Below are positions 22,365 through 35,250 of a stretch of 64,000 nucleotides of DNA, in pieces. The number at the start of each line of letters is the position of its first letter. Position 1 is the stretch's first letter. Made by a program: the position numbers and the translations under genes. The stretch comes from an uncultured Gemmatimonadaceae bacterium (GTDB lineage: Bacteria > Gemmatimonadota > Gemmatimonadetes > Gemmatimonadales > Gemmatimonadaceae). The stretch lies in contig CAWBOC010000013.1 of the NCBI GenBank assembly GCA_963790305.1, forward strand, positions 181,793-245,792, written 5' to 3'. The notes under the pieces are model-generated. The model made no database searches. It was not told the origin of the DNA and saw only the letters and a program-made list of their open reading frames with translations.

Positions 22365-24289
22365 ATGTGCGGGATACTCGGCCTCATTGATTTGCGTGGC
22401 GACGGAGCGCTCTCGCATACGGAGCGGGCAGCGACTCTCCTTACCCATCGCGGGCCGGATACGTCGGCGAATTGGGTCACACGCGTGGGGCCGGCAGCGG
22501 TCGCGCTCGGCCACCGCCGGTTGAGCATCATCGATCTGTCGGCCGCCGGCGCGCAGCCAATGTTGCAGCGCGACAATGGATCGCTGTGCCCGGTTCGTAC
22601 GACCACCGACTCCGCGCGACTCGCGATGGTCTTCAACGGCGAGATCTATAACTACGTGGAGCTCCGCGACCAGCTGCGAAACGCAGGCCATCATTTCACG
22701 TCGGAGGGCGACACCGAGGTTCTGCTCGCGGCGTACGCCCAGTGGGGTGAGGACTGCGTCCAGCGCCTGAACGGGATGTTCGCGTTGGCGATCTGGGATC
22801 GCGAGGCGAGGCGACTCTTCTGCGCGCGCGACCGGTTCGGAGAAAAGCCTTTCTACTATGTGCTCGGGGAGGACGGTCAGCGGTTCGCGTTTGCATCCGA
22901 AGTCAAGGCGCTGGTTGGGCTCGGGATGGTGTCCCCGGACATCGACGCTCGAGCCCTCTACCGGTTCTTCCGGTTTGGGGAGCAGGCGGGCGTTGAGAAC
23001 ACGGTGTGGAAAGGCGTACGGAGGCTTCTCCCTGCAACCTCGCTGACCGTTCAGCTATCAGAGGCGAGGCTTACTGCTCGCTTGCGTCGGTACTGGGATG
23101 TGCAGATCGCGGACGATCGATCCGTGACGGCGGCACAGGCCGCGGCGCGGTTCGCTGAGCTCTTTCGCGACAGCGTCCGGATCCGCCTGCGGGCGGATGT
23201 TCCAATCGGAACGAGCCTGTCCGGCGGCCTCGACTCGTCGAGTGTCCTCTGTCAGATCAATGCGTTAGGCGCGGCCGCTGGGCAAAAGGCGTTCACTGCG
23301 CGCATGGATGACCCGTCGCTCGACGAGAGTAGGTACGCCGCCCTCGTGCTCGCGCGAACGGGCGTCCCAGGCTACTCCGTCGTCCCAACGGCCGGTGAGT
23401 TTCTCATCGAGCTCGACCAGTTGGCGTATCACCAGGAGGAGCCGTTCACGTCCACGAGCGTGTTCGCTTCCTATCTCGTCCAGCGACTGGCGAAGCGCCA
23501 TGGGGTGACGGTCATGCTCGACGGCCAGGGCGCAGACGAGTATCTCGCCGGCTACGCACACTACCCGGCGCTCTTGCTCTCGTCGCTGGCCCGCGCAGGG
23601 CGTTGGCGAGCGTGGCGCAAAGAACGCCTGGCGACTCGGAGCGTGATCGGCGTGGATCCGGTGCCACCCCGGGCGGCTGTTCGCTACTGGCTGTCATCCA
23701 TTGTGTCGCGGAATGGCGCGACATTTCTCTCGCAATCGATGCCGAACGCGATACGTCGTTCCTCGCCAGCGATCTGCGCGAACTGTTCGGCGGTGAGGAG
23801 CCGCGTATGTTGCGGTTGGAAGGCGACGCGGTGAAGAGGCGGTTGTATGCCGACCTCATGCACGGTCACCTGCAGGAGCTCCTGCGGTACGCGGATCGCA
23901 ACTCGATGGCGTTCTCGAGAGAGGTCCGGTTGCCGTTTCTCGATCATCGCCTGGTCGAGCTGTCGCTTTCGCTGCCCTCGGAAATGCTCTTCCACGATGG
24001 CCGCAGCAAGCGCGTGCTTCGCGATGCGATGCGTGGGGTAGTGCCGACAGAGATCCTCGAGCGCCGCGACAAGGTGGGGTTCATGTCTCCATGGGCCCAG
24101 TGGTGGAAGGAGGAGCGGGTTGCGGCCACGTTTCGGGAACGCCTCGAAGACGCACGCGAAATCCTGGGAGGGTACGTGAATGTCGATGCCGTTCCTCCTG
24201 CGTCGCCGGAAGCGTTGGGGGTCCTGACACTCGCTGCTTCATTGCGCCGACTACGCGCCCTCGAGCCCGAGCCGGTCGTCCTGGCGTGA
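22365..24289 (+). CDS. asnB: Asparagine synthase-like glutamine amidotransferase; frameshift ~23720
   Basis: MCGI, HRGPD, RRLSIIDLS, FNGEIYN, SLSGGLDSS, LDGQGADE, and DRNSMAFSREVRLPFLD. Confidence 0.92.
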
Positions 24290-24308
24290 AGGCACCGGTT
24301 GGAGGCGC

Positions 24309-25403
24309 GTGCGGGTCCTGACAGTGGTTGGCGCTCGCCCGCAGTTCATCAAGGCGGCCATCGTCTCCCGGGCCCTTCGTGACGCTGGTGTCGACGAGCT
24401 GCTCGTCCATACGGGGCAGCACTACGACGACCGTCTCAGCGAGATTTTCTTTCGCGAGCTCGAGCTCGCACGGCCCTTGTTTCACCTTGGTATCGGTTCG
24501 GGGAGTCACGGTGCGCAAACCGGCCGAATGATCGCCGAGATCGAGAAAGTCGTCGAGCGCGAGCGCCCCGATCGAGTCCTCGTGTTCGGGGATACGAACT
24601 CCACTCTCGCCGGCGCTCTCGCGGCTGCGAAGCTTCATGTGGCCGTGGATCATGTCGAGGCCGGCCTTCGGTCGTACGACAGAGACATGCCGGAGGAGGT
24701 GAATCGGGTCGTCGCGGATCACCTGTGCGATCTCTTGTTCTGTCCGACGCCGAATGCTGTACGACAACTGGCGCGCGAAGGCATCACTGAGGGCGTTTCG
24801 TTCGTCGGTGACGTAATGCTCGACCTCGCCGTTGAAGCGCGAGGTCCAGCGATGGGGCGGGCGCTGCCGGCGGGGCTGCGACCGGGCGCGTATTTTGTCG
24901 CGACGATTCATCGGCCCGCGAATACGGACGATCCCGGGCGCCTGCGCTCGATTGTCGCGACCCTCGAGTCGGTCGGGCGTGACATTGCGCCGGTCGTCCT
25001 GCCGGTCCACCCACGGCTTGCGGCGTCGTTAGGCTCAGAGCGGCCGGCGATTGATGGTGTCATCTGTATCGAGCCGGTTGGGTATCTCGACATGCAAGGG
25101 CTCGTACTCCGTGCGCGTGGAGTTCTCACCGATTCGGGTGGACTGCAGAAGGAGGCGCTGTTCCACGGCGTCCCGTGCATCACGCTGCGTGATACCACCG
25201 AGTGGCCCGAAAGCGTGGATGCGGGATTCAACGTGCTGGCGGGGAACGGCCTTACCACGGTTGGGCCGCTTGCCGAACGATGCGCCGGGAGACGCCCCGT
25301 GCCGCCCGGCGTGCTCGAGGGATTCGGTGGAGGTGAGGCGGGGCCGCGCATCGCTGCCGCTGTCCGGGGCGCAGCATCGAGCCGACGCCGAAGGCGCCAA
25401 TGA
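24309..25403 (+). CDS. UDP-GlcNAc 2-epimerase (non-hydrolysing), WbpI/WecB-like
   Basis: VGARPQFIK, HTGQHYD, GDTNST, HVEAGLRS, MPEEVNR, and DSGGLQKEA. Confidence 0.93.
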   Translation: MRVLTVVGARPQFIKAAIVSRALRDAGVDELLVHTGQHYDDRLSEIFFRELELARPLFHLGIGSGSHGAQTGRMIAEIEKVVERERPDRVLVFGDTNSTLAGALAAAKLHVAVDHVEAGLRSYDRDMPEEVNRVVADHLCDLLFCPTPNAVRQLAREGITEGVSFVGDVMLDLAVEARGPAMGRALPAGLRPGAYFVATIHRPANTDDPGRLRSIVATLESVGRDIAPVVLPVHPRLAASLGSERPAIDGVICIEPVGYLDMQGLVLRARGVLTDSGGLQKEALFHGVPCITLRDTTEWPESVDAGFNVLAGNGLTTVGPLAERCAGRRPVPPGVLEGFGGGEAGPRIAAAVRGAASSRRRRRQ

Positions 25404-26684
25404 ATGCAGTGGTCGCCACCGAGTCGTCGGGGTACGTGCTCGTGCACGTCGTCGCGAGCGAATCTCTCGGCGAAATCATTGCGTCGCAGGTCATCGACCC
25501 TCTCCGCACCCAGGCACGCACAAACGGGGAGCGGCGGCCCGAGCGGGTCATTGCACTCTTTCTCGAACCTGCGCGCATCGCGCTTCGCGAATCGATGCGG
25601 CGGAGGATCGCGGCCTTCCGGAGGCGAGCTCCCGAGGTTGACGTCGTGCTTCACCCATTCGTCAGCCGACTCGGCGTGCTGCGGAACGCGCGTCTCGCGG
25701 CGTGGCGCATACGACATCGCGCGCGCGGTCGACGCGTCGTGTTTCACTGTCGAGGCGAGCAGGGATTCGAGTGGGCAAGCGCGATGCGACTTCACCTTTC
25801 CGACAGCGTGATCATTCGCGGACATCCGTGGCGCATGGCCCGAAGAGTTCCTCTTCGCGCGCGGATACGACGGCCCGAACGGCGCCGACGCGATCACGCT
25901 GCGAGGATACCACCATCACCTGACGAGACTCCGTACGACCCTCGCCGGCTCACAGGGAGTCATCTCCGTATCGCCCGGGATGCTCGAATGGCTCGAGGAG
26001 CAGGGCGCGAGCGCGCATCAGTTGACCTACGTGCCATGCTGTGTTCCAGCGGTCGTGTTCAACCGCACGGTTCGCGAGAAGACCCGCGCCGAGCTCGCCT
26101 TGGCGCACCAGGTCGTGCTCGCCTACGCGGGAACGCTCGGACGGTATCAGCACATCGAGGATGGCCTCATTCCGTTCTTTCGTGCGATGGCCGAACAGCA
26201 TAGCGGCGTGCATTTGCTCGCTCTCGTCCCGGATGTGGACGCCATGCGGCGCATGCTCCACAGGCAGGGAGTTCCGTCGGACCAGGCGACGGTGCTTACC
26301 GTCGCACAACAGGAGGTTGGACGGTACCTTTCCGCGGCCGACGCCGGCCTTCTGCTCCGCGCACCAAGCCGGATGAACCGGTTCAGTCAGCCCACGAAGC
26401 TTGGCGAATACCTCGCGGCGGGCCTGCCCGTAATTGTGTCTCGTGGCACGGGACAGGTAGATCGGATGATGAAGGAGAACGACGCCGGATTCGCGGTCGA
26501 TGCCTTTGGCGTGCCGTGGCCGCAGCTTGTCGCGGAGGCTGACCGCGTGTGGCGCGAGATTCGAGGCCGCGGTGACGCGATGCGACACAATGCGTTGAAG
26601 CTCTGCGAGCGCGAGTTTCTTTGGGACTCGTATACTGAGCGCGTGCGCGACATGTACGCGAGCGCGTCAGACACGCATTCCTGA
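25400..26684 (+). CDS. GT4-like glycosyltransferase; frameshift ~25820
   Basis: YAGTL, ADAGLLLR, and PTKLGEYLAAGLPV. Confidence 0.82.
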
Positions 26685-26697
26685 ATCGAGCGCCGTC

Positions 26698-27784
26698 ATG
26701 AAATCCGAGCCCAGGCACGATCAGCCCATTCGTCTCGCGGTCGTAGGATGCGGGCGAATCAGCGATCGCCACTTCGAGGCGATTGAGGAGCATCCGGAGC
26801 TGACACTGGTCGCGGTGTGCGATGAGGTGCCGGACCGCGCGCGAACCGCCGGTGAGCAATACGGCGTGCCCGCGTTTCCCAGCTATGCCGCCATGCTCGC
26901 GGAGACCGACGCCGATGCGGCGGTGATCTGCACGCCGAGCGGCCTCCATCCGCGGCATGGTATCATGGCGGCGGAGCGCGGCCTGCACGTCGTCTGCGAG
27001 AAGCCAATGGCGACTCGCCTGGAAGAAGCGGACCAGCTGGTTCAGGACGTGCGACGAGGCCGGCGTGCATCTCTTCGTGGTGAAGCAGAACCGCCTCAAT
27101 CCCGGGCGTTCAGCTGCTGAAGCGCGCCGTCGATCGCGGGCGGTTCGGACGCGTCTATCATGGCGAGCGTCCGCGTGTTCTGGAATCGACCGCAGTCGTA
27201 CTACGACATGGCGCCGTGGCGCGGCACATGGGAGTTCGATGGTGGAGCGTTCATGAACCAGGCGAGCCACTACGTGGACCTGATTCAATGGCTCATGGGG
27301 CCAGTCGAATCCGTGTCGGCGAAGACGGCGACGCTGGGGCGGCGCATCGAGACGCGAGGATACCGGCGCGGCGATCCTGCGGTTTCGCAGCGGGGCGCTA
27401 GGCGTGCTCGAGACCACGATGCTGACCTATCCGCGAAACCTCGAGGGATCGATTACGATCATCGGGGAGAAGGGGACCGTGCAGATCGGAGGGACCGCGC
27501 TGAATCGCGTGGAGCAATGGCAGTTCGCCGAATACCATGACGATGATCGCGAGGCCGAGGCGCTGCGCGTCGCGCCCGATCCGCTTTCGGTGTACGGGTC
27601 CGGCCACCGTCCGTACTACGACAACGTGGTGAGCGTGCTTCGCGGCGAAGCGGCGCCGGGCACGGATGGGCGCGAAGGGCGCAAGTCACTGGAGCTCATC
27701 CTCGGTATTTATGAGTCCGCGCGTACCGGCAGTGAGATCCACCTCCCGCTGCGGGCCTTCTCCCAGGAGGCGCGCTCCTCATGA
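26698..27784 (+). CDS. Gfo/Idh/MocA oxidoreductase, WbpB/WlbA-like UDP-GlcNAcA 3-dehydrogenase; frameshifted
   Basis: VGCGRIS, CTPSGLH, CEKPMA, VKQNR, WRGTWEFDGGAFMNQASHYVD, and YPRNLEGS. Confidence 0.88.
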
Positions 27785-28425
27785 GCGAAATGCGAGAGCA
27801 CGCGGGAGGATACTTCGTTCACGTCTCGAGTTACGTCGATGACGGAGCAACCATCGGGCGGGGGACACGCATGTGGCATTTCTGTCACGTCAATCGCGGT
27901 GCGGTGATCGGCGAGCGATGCAGCCTCGGCCAGAACGTGGTGGTGATGCCGGGGACGCGTCTCGGGAACAACGTCAAGGTCCAGAACAACGTCAGCATCT
28001 ACGAAGGGGTGGAGTGCGACGATGACGTGTTCCTCGGCCCGTCAATGGTCTTCACGAATGTCATGAATCCGCGGAGCCACGTCTCGCGGAAGCACGAGTA
28101 CCAGCGCGACGCCGGTGAGGTCGTGGAGCATCGATCGGCGCCAACGCGACGATCATTTGCGGGAACACGTTCGGCGATACTGCTTCGTCGCGGCGGGGGC
28201 GGTCGTCACGCGGGATGTCCCGCCATATGCGCTCGTCGCGGGCGTGCCGGCCCAGGTGATCGGGTGGATGTGCCAGTGTGGCGAGCGCCTCGACCTCGCC
28301 GTCGCCCCGTACCGGGACCAGCGGTGACGTGCGCGAGCTCTGTGGCTCCCGGTATCTCAGTGACGGCGAACGGGCCATGTGCCGTGACGGCTGGTTCCGA
28401 ATGTCGCCGAGTTGGCAACCGGTGA
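27781..28425 (+). CDS. Hexapeptide-repeat N-acetyltransferase, WbpD/WlbB-like; frameshifted
   Basis: [32 protein letters not shown], and [13 protein letters not shown]. Confidence 0.88.
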   Translation: MSEMREHAGGYFVHVSSYVDDGATIGRGTRMWHFCHVNRGAVIGERCSLGQNVVVMPGTRLGNNVKVQNNVSIYEGVECDDDVFLGPSMVFTNVMNPRSHVSRKHEYQRDAGEVVEHRSAPTRRSFAGTRSAILLRRGGGGRHAGCPAICARRGRAGPGDRVDVPVWRAPRPRRRPVPGPAVTCASSVAPGISVTANGPCAVTAGSECRRVGNR

Positions 28426-28501
28426 CGGACATCGCACGCCGGGCCGGTATCGCGTCCGGCGGGTTCCCGGGCGAGGTCGGCGCTGCACGTAGTCGCGTCG
28501 G

Positions 28502-29480
28502 GTGAGCCGCTGTGAACGCCGACTGATCTCCATCGTCGTTCCCTTCGCATAACGAGCGCGAGAATATCCGCGAGCTTCGCGACGCGATCGACGCTGCGCT
28601 CAAGGACGGAGCCGTTCGACTTCGAGCTGATCGTCGTCGACGACAGCACGGACGACACGTGGCGGGTTATCGAGCAGCTGGCCAAGGAGGATTGGCGCGT
28701 GAGCGGCATCCGGTTGGCGCGCCGTTTTGGCCAGCAGGCAGCACTCGTGGCCGGGTTCCGGTTTGCGCGTGGTGCCGCCGTCATTACCATGGACGCCGAT
28801 CTCCAGCATCCGCCGACCCTGATTCCGGAGCTCGTGCGGCATTGGCGCGAGGGCTCGCCGGTCGTTCACACGCAGCGTCTCGATGCCGAGCGTCACCGGC
28901 GGACTGCAGCGGCTCACGTCGCGCTGGTTCTACCGACTGTTCTCTCGCTGAGCGGAGTCCCCATGAATGAGGGTGCGGGCGAGTTCCGTCTGCTCGACCG
29001 CCGCGTTGTCGACTACATCGTGCGGATGACCGAGGGAGAGGTTTTTATTCGCGGCATCGTGAGTTGGCTCGGCTTTCCTAGCGTAACAGTGCCTTTCCGG
29101 GCGGCGCCGCGTCGCGCGGGACGGAGCGCGTACTCGTTTGCGCGTCGCTGGCGCATGGCCGCCACGGCGATCATCTCGTTTTCCATCCTGCCGCTGCGGA
29201 TCGGCATGGTCATTGGGTCTCGCGACGGCGGCAATTTCATTCTTTATCTGGTCGTACGCGCTGGTCGTTCGACTGCAGGGCGGCGTTCCGCCGGGCTGGG
29301 CGTCAATCGTCAGCTTCACTGCCTTTCTGTTCGGCGTGCAGTTCGTCCTGATCGGTCTGCTTGGGCGAGTACATTGGCCGTATCCATCTGGCCACGAAGC
29401 AGCGGCCGCCGTTCGTCGTCGACCGCACGACTGACTTGGCCGACGCGGGGACAGCGGCCAATGCTGACCTAGCGAGCGAG
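28502..29480 (+). CDS. GT2 glycosyltransferase (GtrB/ArnC-like, two C-terminal TMs); frameshifted, end approximate
   Basis: LISIVVP, VDDSTD, RRFGQQAAL, TMDADLQHPP, FRLLDRR, and GEYIGRI...K.RP. Confidence 0.85.
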
Positions 29481-29481
29481 G

Positions 29482-31050
29482 ATGACGAGCTCTCTCCTCG
29501 CCTCTCCCGCTCGACCGGTGTGAGCCGCGTGAGGCCGTGCGCCTTCCCCGTGCCGGAGAAGCGCTGCTTGCCGTCGCGATCCTCGGCGCCCTGGGCCTTG
29601 CACTTATCCGGCCATGGGTGGCGCTTCCGTTTCCTGTCGTTGATTTCGGGGGTTGGCTGGTGCTGCTCTCGTCCTCCGCATTCGACAATGGATGGCTTCC
29701 GTGCTCTCGTGGAGGAGCATGTGCGTGAGGGCCGGGTGAATGCCGTCTCGCTGGCCTATATCGCCGCGAACTGGGGGATGTTTGGCAGCGACCCACTCGG
29801 CTGGCAGTTGCTTCGCGCCTCATCATGCTGGCCATCGTCGCGAACATCCTACATGCGCTCTTTCGAAGCTCGGCGCCCGTCGCGCGCCGGCTTGGCAGGC
29901 GCCGCGTTCTTCGTGATCACCGACTCTGCGCGAAGCGTCTGGATCTTCCGCAGGCAATCGAGCATGTCGCGACTCTGCTCATGCTCGTCGCGACTCCTCG
30001 TCGCCGCCTCGTACCACACGGCGACGCAGCCGTGGCGTCGGCGGCGGCCGTGTCCGTGCTATTGGTGCTCGCCATTTGGGTGCGAGAGCCAATGGTGGCC
30101 GCCGTGCCATTCGTGCTCCTCGTTCGGATTGTGCCACCGGGGCGAGGGCCGGTTCGCGCTCCCGAAAATCGATCGGCGATCGGTGCGCCTCGTCTCGCTC
30201 GTTGGCGTTGCCGTCGCCATTCTGAATGTGATTCCCGTGATCGCGGTCCGTTCCCTGGAGCGGCCACGGGCTATGCCTCGCGCTTTGGCATTGAGAACAT
30301 CTCCTTGCGGAACATGAGAACGTGCTGAGTGCGTTGGTACTCCCGGTCACGCGCGAGCCGTTGTTTCCCGCGAACGCCATGTTCCTGCTCGTCATCGTCC
30401 TCGCCGCAACCGCACGGACGTCGCACGCTCGGCGCTATCGGCAAATGCTTCCCATTGCCGCGACACTTCCGCTAGGCGCCGCCCTGATCTACATGATGTG
30501 GCCGTCGTTCCCCGGCAACTACGCCCTGCCGTATGTTCTCGCCAGCGCGTGCACCTTCGCGCTCGCGCTCACCACGTTGTGGGAAGGCTCGTCGATTCGA
30601 CGCGCGATCGGCATTACGGGGGCGTGCGTGGTTATCGGATATGGAGCGCTGTTGACTCACAACGGCCAACATGAATACGCCTCGGCCCGACTGCTCGACG
30701 CTGACATGGCCCGGGTCGTCAGCGAACACCACGTATCGCAGTTGATTACAGCGGTGGACGACCCACAACTCTCGGGCGGGTTTAGTCGCGGGCTGGCTCT
30801 GTACTCGCGCGCCACGCGCGGTGCTGCGCCGCCTGGGTCCAAGGATGTCGACTGTGTGGAAGCCTTACGATTGTCGCGCGCGCTCTCTCCGGACATGCTC
30901 CTGCTCCGCTCCCCGGGCGCGTGTGCCCCGGTGGAATTTCCGACTCCTACCGTGTCGGTGCGGCGGACGGCGCCGATCGTCGACTGGAAGACATTCCGCG
31001 TTCGGCCCGGAGAACTAACGGCGGATTTCTGGGTGAGCACATCTCCGTAG
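29482..31050 (+). CDS. Multi-pass membrane protein (possible GT-C or polymerase-like); frameshifted, start approximate
   Basis: Many hydrophobic segments across frames, then a soluble C-terminus ending at TAG 31050; lies next to the GtrB-like gene. Confidence 0.5.
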
Positions 31051-31969
31051 ATGAGGGTCCTCGTGACGGGGGCGGGAGGATTTGTCGGCCTTCATGTCCA
31101 GCGGGCCCTTGCGGCCGCGGGACATGACGTGAGGATCGATCGGCATTCGCCCCGAACGTCGCTGGATCTTACCGAGCGAGGAGACGGCTCGCGCCCTGAT
31201 CACTACTGCAGAGCCCGAGGCGCTGATTCACCTCGCAGCCCGTGTGAACCCTCGAGGTGATCGCATGGGAAGCGGTTGTCAACAACAATAGCCTCGCGGC
31301 GTTCCGCGTCCTCGATGCGGTTACGGCGATACGCGCCGAGGGCGAAGGTACTCGTGGCCAGTTCGAGCGCCGTGTACGGCGCGGTGCCGCGTGAGAGAAA
31401 TCCGGTCAAAGAATCGGAAGCTACGCGTCCCGTGACGATGTACGGCGCGAGCAAGGCCGCGACGGAAGCGATCGCCTTTGCATTCGCGGCGTCTGGATTG
31501 CGTGTCACCGTCTGCCGGCCTTTCAACACGATTGGTCCCGGCGGCGACACTCGGTCGGCGCTCGCTCAGTGGGCGCGCGACGCTCTTCGATCCGGATTCG
31601 ACGGCGTGTTTCGGTGCGGCCCGCTCGACACGTGGCGTGATCTCACCGATGTACGGGACATTGCTCGAGCGTACGTGCGGATCGTAGAGAGCGACGTTCA
31701 GGATCCTGTACTCAACCTTTGCTCTGGCCGGGCCACAGAAGGGCGGGTCGTGCTCGAAATGTTATTTGCGACGGCTGGCGTTCGACCGCAGGTCGTGTCC
31801 GCCCCCGCTCGCCCTGGCGATGTCGCATTTCAGAGCGGCGATCGGTCTCGCATAACGGCCGTAACCGGATGGGAGCCCGCCATTTCGCTTGACACAGACG
31901 GTAGAAGACGTCGTGCGCGAACAGCGGCAGTCCATCCCCGCCTCGTTCACATCTCCCATCCACCCATGA
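31051..31969 (+). CDS. NAD-dependent epimerase/reductase (Rmd-like); frameshifted
   Basis: MRVLVTGAGGFVG, SSSAVYG, YGASK, RPFNTIGPG, RDLTDVRD; shifted frame ends SPIHP* overlapping the next ATG. Confidence 0.8.
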
Positions 31970-32955
31970 CCTGGCAAGGGCGTACGGTGCTCGTGACGGG
32001 CGCCGCGGGGTTCATCGGCAGTCATCTCGTCGAGCGTCTGCTTGGCGAAGGAGCCAAGGTCCGCGCATTTGTGCACTACAATTCGCGCAACCATTGGGGC
32101 CACCTCGAAGATCTTCTGCCACACCAGCGGCACGACGTGGAGGTCATCAGCGGCGATCTGCGGGATCCACGTCGTGTCGATGAGGCGGTGAGCGGCGCTG
32201 ACACCGTGTTTCATCTCGGCGCCCTTATCGCGATCCCGTATTCGTACGTCGCCCCGCAGGATGTGGTGATGACGAACGTCATTGGCACATTGAACGTGCT
32301 CGAGGCCGCGCGCCGCCACGGAACGCGGCGCATCATCCACACCTCCACGAGCGAGGTCTATGGCACGGCGCAGTACGTCCCAATCGACGAGCGGCATCCG
32401 CTGGTGGGACAATCGCCCTATGCCGCGAGCAAGGTTGGTGCAGACCAGGTCGCGTTGAGTTACCACCGGTCCTTTCAGCTTCCCCTTGCGATCGCGCGCC
32501 CATTCAACACCTACGGGCCGCGGCAGTCGGCCCGCGCGGTCATCCCAGCGATCATCGTCCAGGCGCTGACGCAAAATCAAGTGATGCTCGGCGCTACCTT
32601 CCCGACGCGGGACCTCAACTACGTCGCCGACACGGTCGATGGTTTCCTGAAGATCGCCGACACCGATGCGGCGGTGGGAGAGGTCATCAATCTCGGCACC
32701 GGGCGTGAAGTGTCAGTGGGCGACATTGCGGCCACCATCATCCGGCTCGTCGGCCGCAGTATACAGATCGTGTTCGACGCGAACCGCGTCCGTCCCGATG
32801 CGAGTGAGGTCGAACGCCTCGTGGCGGATGCGACCAAGGCGAAGGCGCTCGTGGGCTGGGAGCCGCGCCACTCGCTCGACGACGGGCTGCGGGCGACCAT
32901 CGACTGGATTCGTCAGCATCTCGATCAGTACAAGCCGACTGTCTACGCGGTGTGA
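31966..32955 (+). CDS. NDP-HexNAc 4,6-dehydratase, LegB-like
   Basis: [41 protein letters not shown], and RQSARAVIP. Confidence 0.88.
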   Translation: MTWQGRTVLVTGAAGFIGSHLVERLLGEGAKVRAFVHYNSRNHWGHLEDLLPHQRHDVEVISGDLRDPRRVDEAVSGADTVFHLGALIAIPYSYVAPQDVVMTNVIGTLNVLEAARRHGTRRIIHTSTSEVYGTAQYVPIDERHPLVGQSPYAASKVGADQVALSYHRSFQLPLAIARPFNTYGPRQSARAVIPAIIVQALTQNQVMLGATFPTRDLNYVADTVDGFLKIADTDAAVGEVINLGTGREVSVGDIAATIIRLVGRSIQIVFDANRVRPDASEVERLVADATKAKALVGWEPRHSLDDGLRATIDWIRQHLDQYKPTVYAV

Positions 32956-33668
32956 CGACGCAGGCGCTTGTGATGGCGGGAGGCCTGGGCAGCCGGCTGC
33001 GGCCGCTCACCGACGAGGTGCCAAAGCCTCTGCTGCCGATCGGCGGGCGACCGATCCTCGAGCTCATTCTGACCCAATTGCGGAGCGCTGGGGTCGCCGA
33101 AGTGTACATCTCGGTCGGGTACAAGGCGGAGCTCATCCGGTCGTACATTTCAGATGGCCGTCGCCTGGGCCTCCGCGTTCGTTATGTGGATGAACCCACG
33201 CCGCTCGGGACTGCGGGCGCACTGGGCTACGTCAAAGGGGATGTGAAGGAGCCCTTGCTAGTAATGAACGGCGACATCCTCACCAAGCTTGATTTTCGGG
33301 GCTTTCGCGAGGGTCACATTGCCAGTGGGGCGCTCATCACCCTCGGTGTCCGCGAGGATCACTATCAGATTCCGTTTGGCCTCGTCGAGACGCAGAACGG
33401 ACTCGTAGCCAGCATTCGGGAAAAGCCAGTCCAGCAGTATCTCGTGAGCGCTGGGATTTACATGATGTCCCCGCAAGCCATCGCATTGGTACAGCCTGGG
33501 GTCCGGCTCGACGTGCCCGATCTGATCAACGACGTCGTTCGCCACGGCGGCCGGGTGCGATACCATGTCATTCGCGAGAAGTGGATCGACATCGGTGCGC
33601 TGGAGGACTTTCACCGCGCCAACGCGGAGCATGATGATTGGGTATCGGACAGGCCGGGCGCGTCCTAG
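32952..33668 (+). CDS. Sugar-phosphate nucleotidyltransferase
   Basis: MAGGLGSRLRPLT..VPKPL, PLGTAGAL, MNGDILT, and WIDIG. Confidence 0.9.
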   Translation: MTTQALVMAGGLGSRLRPLTDEVPKPLLPIGGRPILELILTQLRSAGVAEVYISVGYKAELIRSYISDGRRLGLRVRYVDEPTPLGTAGALGYVKGDVKEPLLVMNGDILTKLDFRGFREGHIASGALITLGVREDHYQIPFGLVETQNGLVASIREKPVQQYLVSAGIYMMSPQAIALVQPGVRLDVPDLINDVVRHGGRVRYHVIREKWIDIGALEDFHRANAEHDDWVSDRPGAS

Positions 33669-33820
33669 AGATGCAGAGCGAGGAAGCGGTGGCGGCCTCC
33701 TTGCACTTGACCGGAGTGCGACACAGTTCACCCAGCGCTGCCCTTGTTCCTGATCAACGGCGGCAGTTGATGGTCGCCTCGCCGTCTCCAGCCCCATGGC
33801 CACGTGATGCCATCGCCTCG

Positions 33821-34010
33821 ACCACCTCTCCGCCCAACGCTACGCCGCCCGGGGCGCGGGAGATCCTCGAGTGCTGGTTCGACGGGCGGCCGATTCGCGA
33901 GGATACCTGATCGTCAACAGCAGCAGCCTGGCTAGCGCCGGAGCCCACGCCTACAGCGAGGGCGACGCGACGGGAGGCTCGGAGGAGGCCGCTCCTTCAA
34001 GAGCAGTTGA
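33821..34010 (+). CDS. fdh: NAD-dependent formate dehydrogenase, C-terminal fragment only
   Basis: Across frames reads T.LSAQ.RYAAG.REILECWFDGRPIRE.YLIV....LA.AGAHAYSEGDATGGSEEA, the characteristic C-terminus of Pseudomonas sp. 101-type FDH. Confidence 0.8.
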
Positions 34011-34032
34011 GCCGGGGGATGGCAGGCCAGGG

Positions 34033-35122
<1,090 letters not shown>

Positions 35123-35160
35123 TCGGGTAGCTCCCCAGGAGAGCAACCGAGAGGAGGGCG

Positions 35161-35250
35161 ATGACTACCTCGACGGCGATCATCTCCGCCATCGGCATCA
35201 TCATTGCGGCCTACATAGCCTGGAACGAGCTCGGAGGAAGAAGACCTTGA
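35161..35250 (+). CDS. Small single-TM protein (29 aa)
   Basis: GAGGAGGG RBS; MTTSTAIISAIGIIIAAYIAWNELGGRRP*; below the ORF-track cutoff. Confidence 0.5.
   Translation: MTTSTAIISAIGIIIAAYIAWNELGGRRP

Noticed and set aside
31276..32955. Apparent double-epimerase fusion (559 aa in the ORF track)
   Set aside because: A frameshift near 31890 explains it; the shifted frame ends at TGA 31969, overlapping the ATG 31966 of the second gene.
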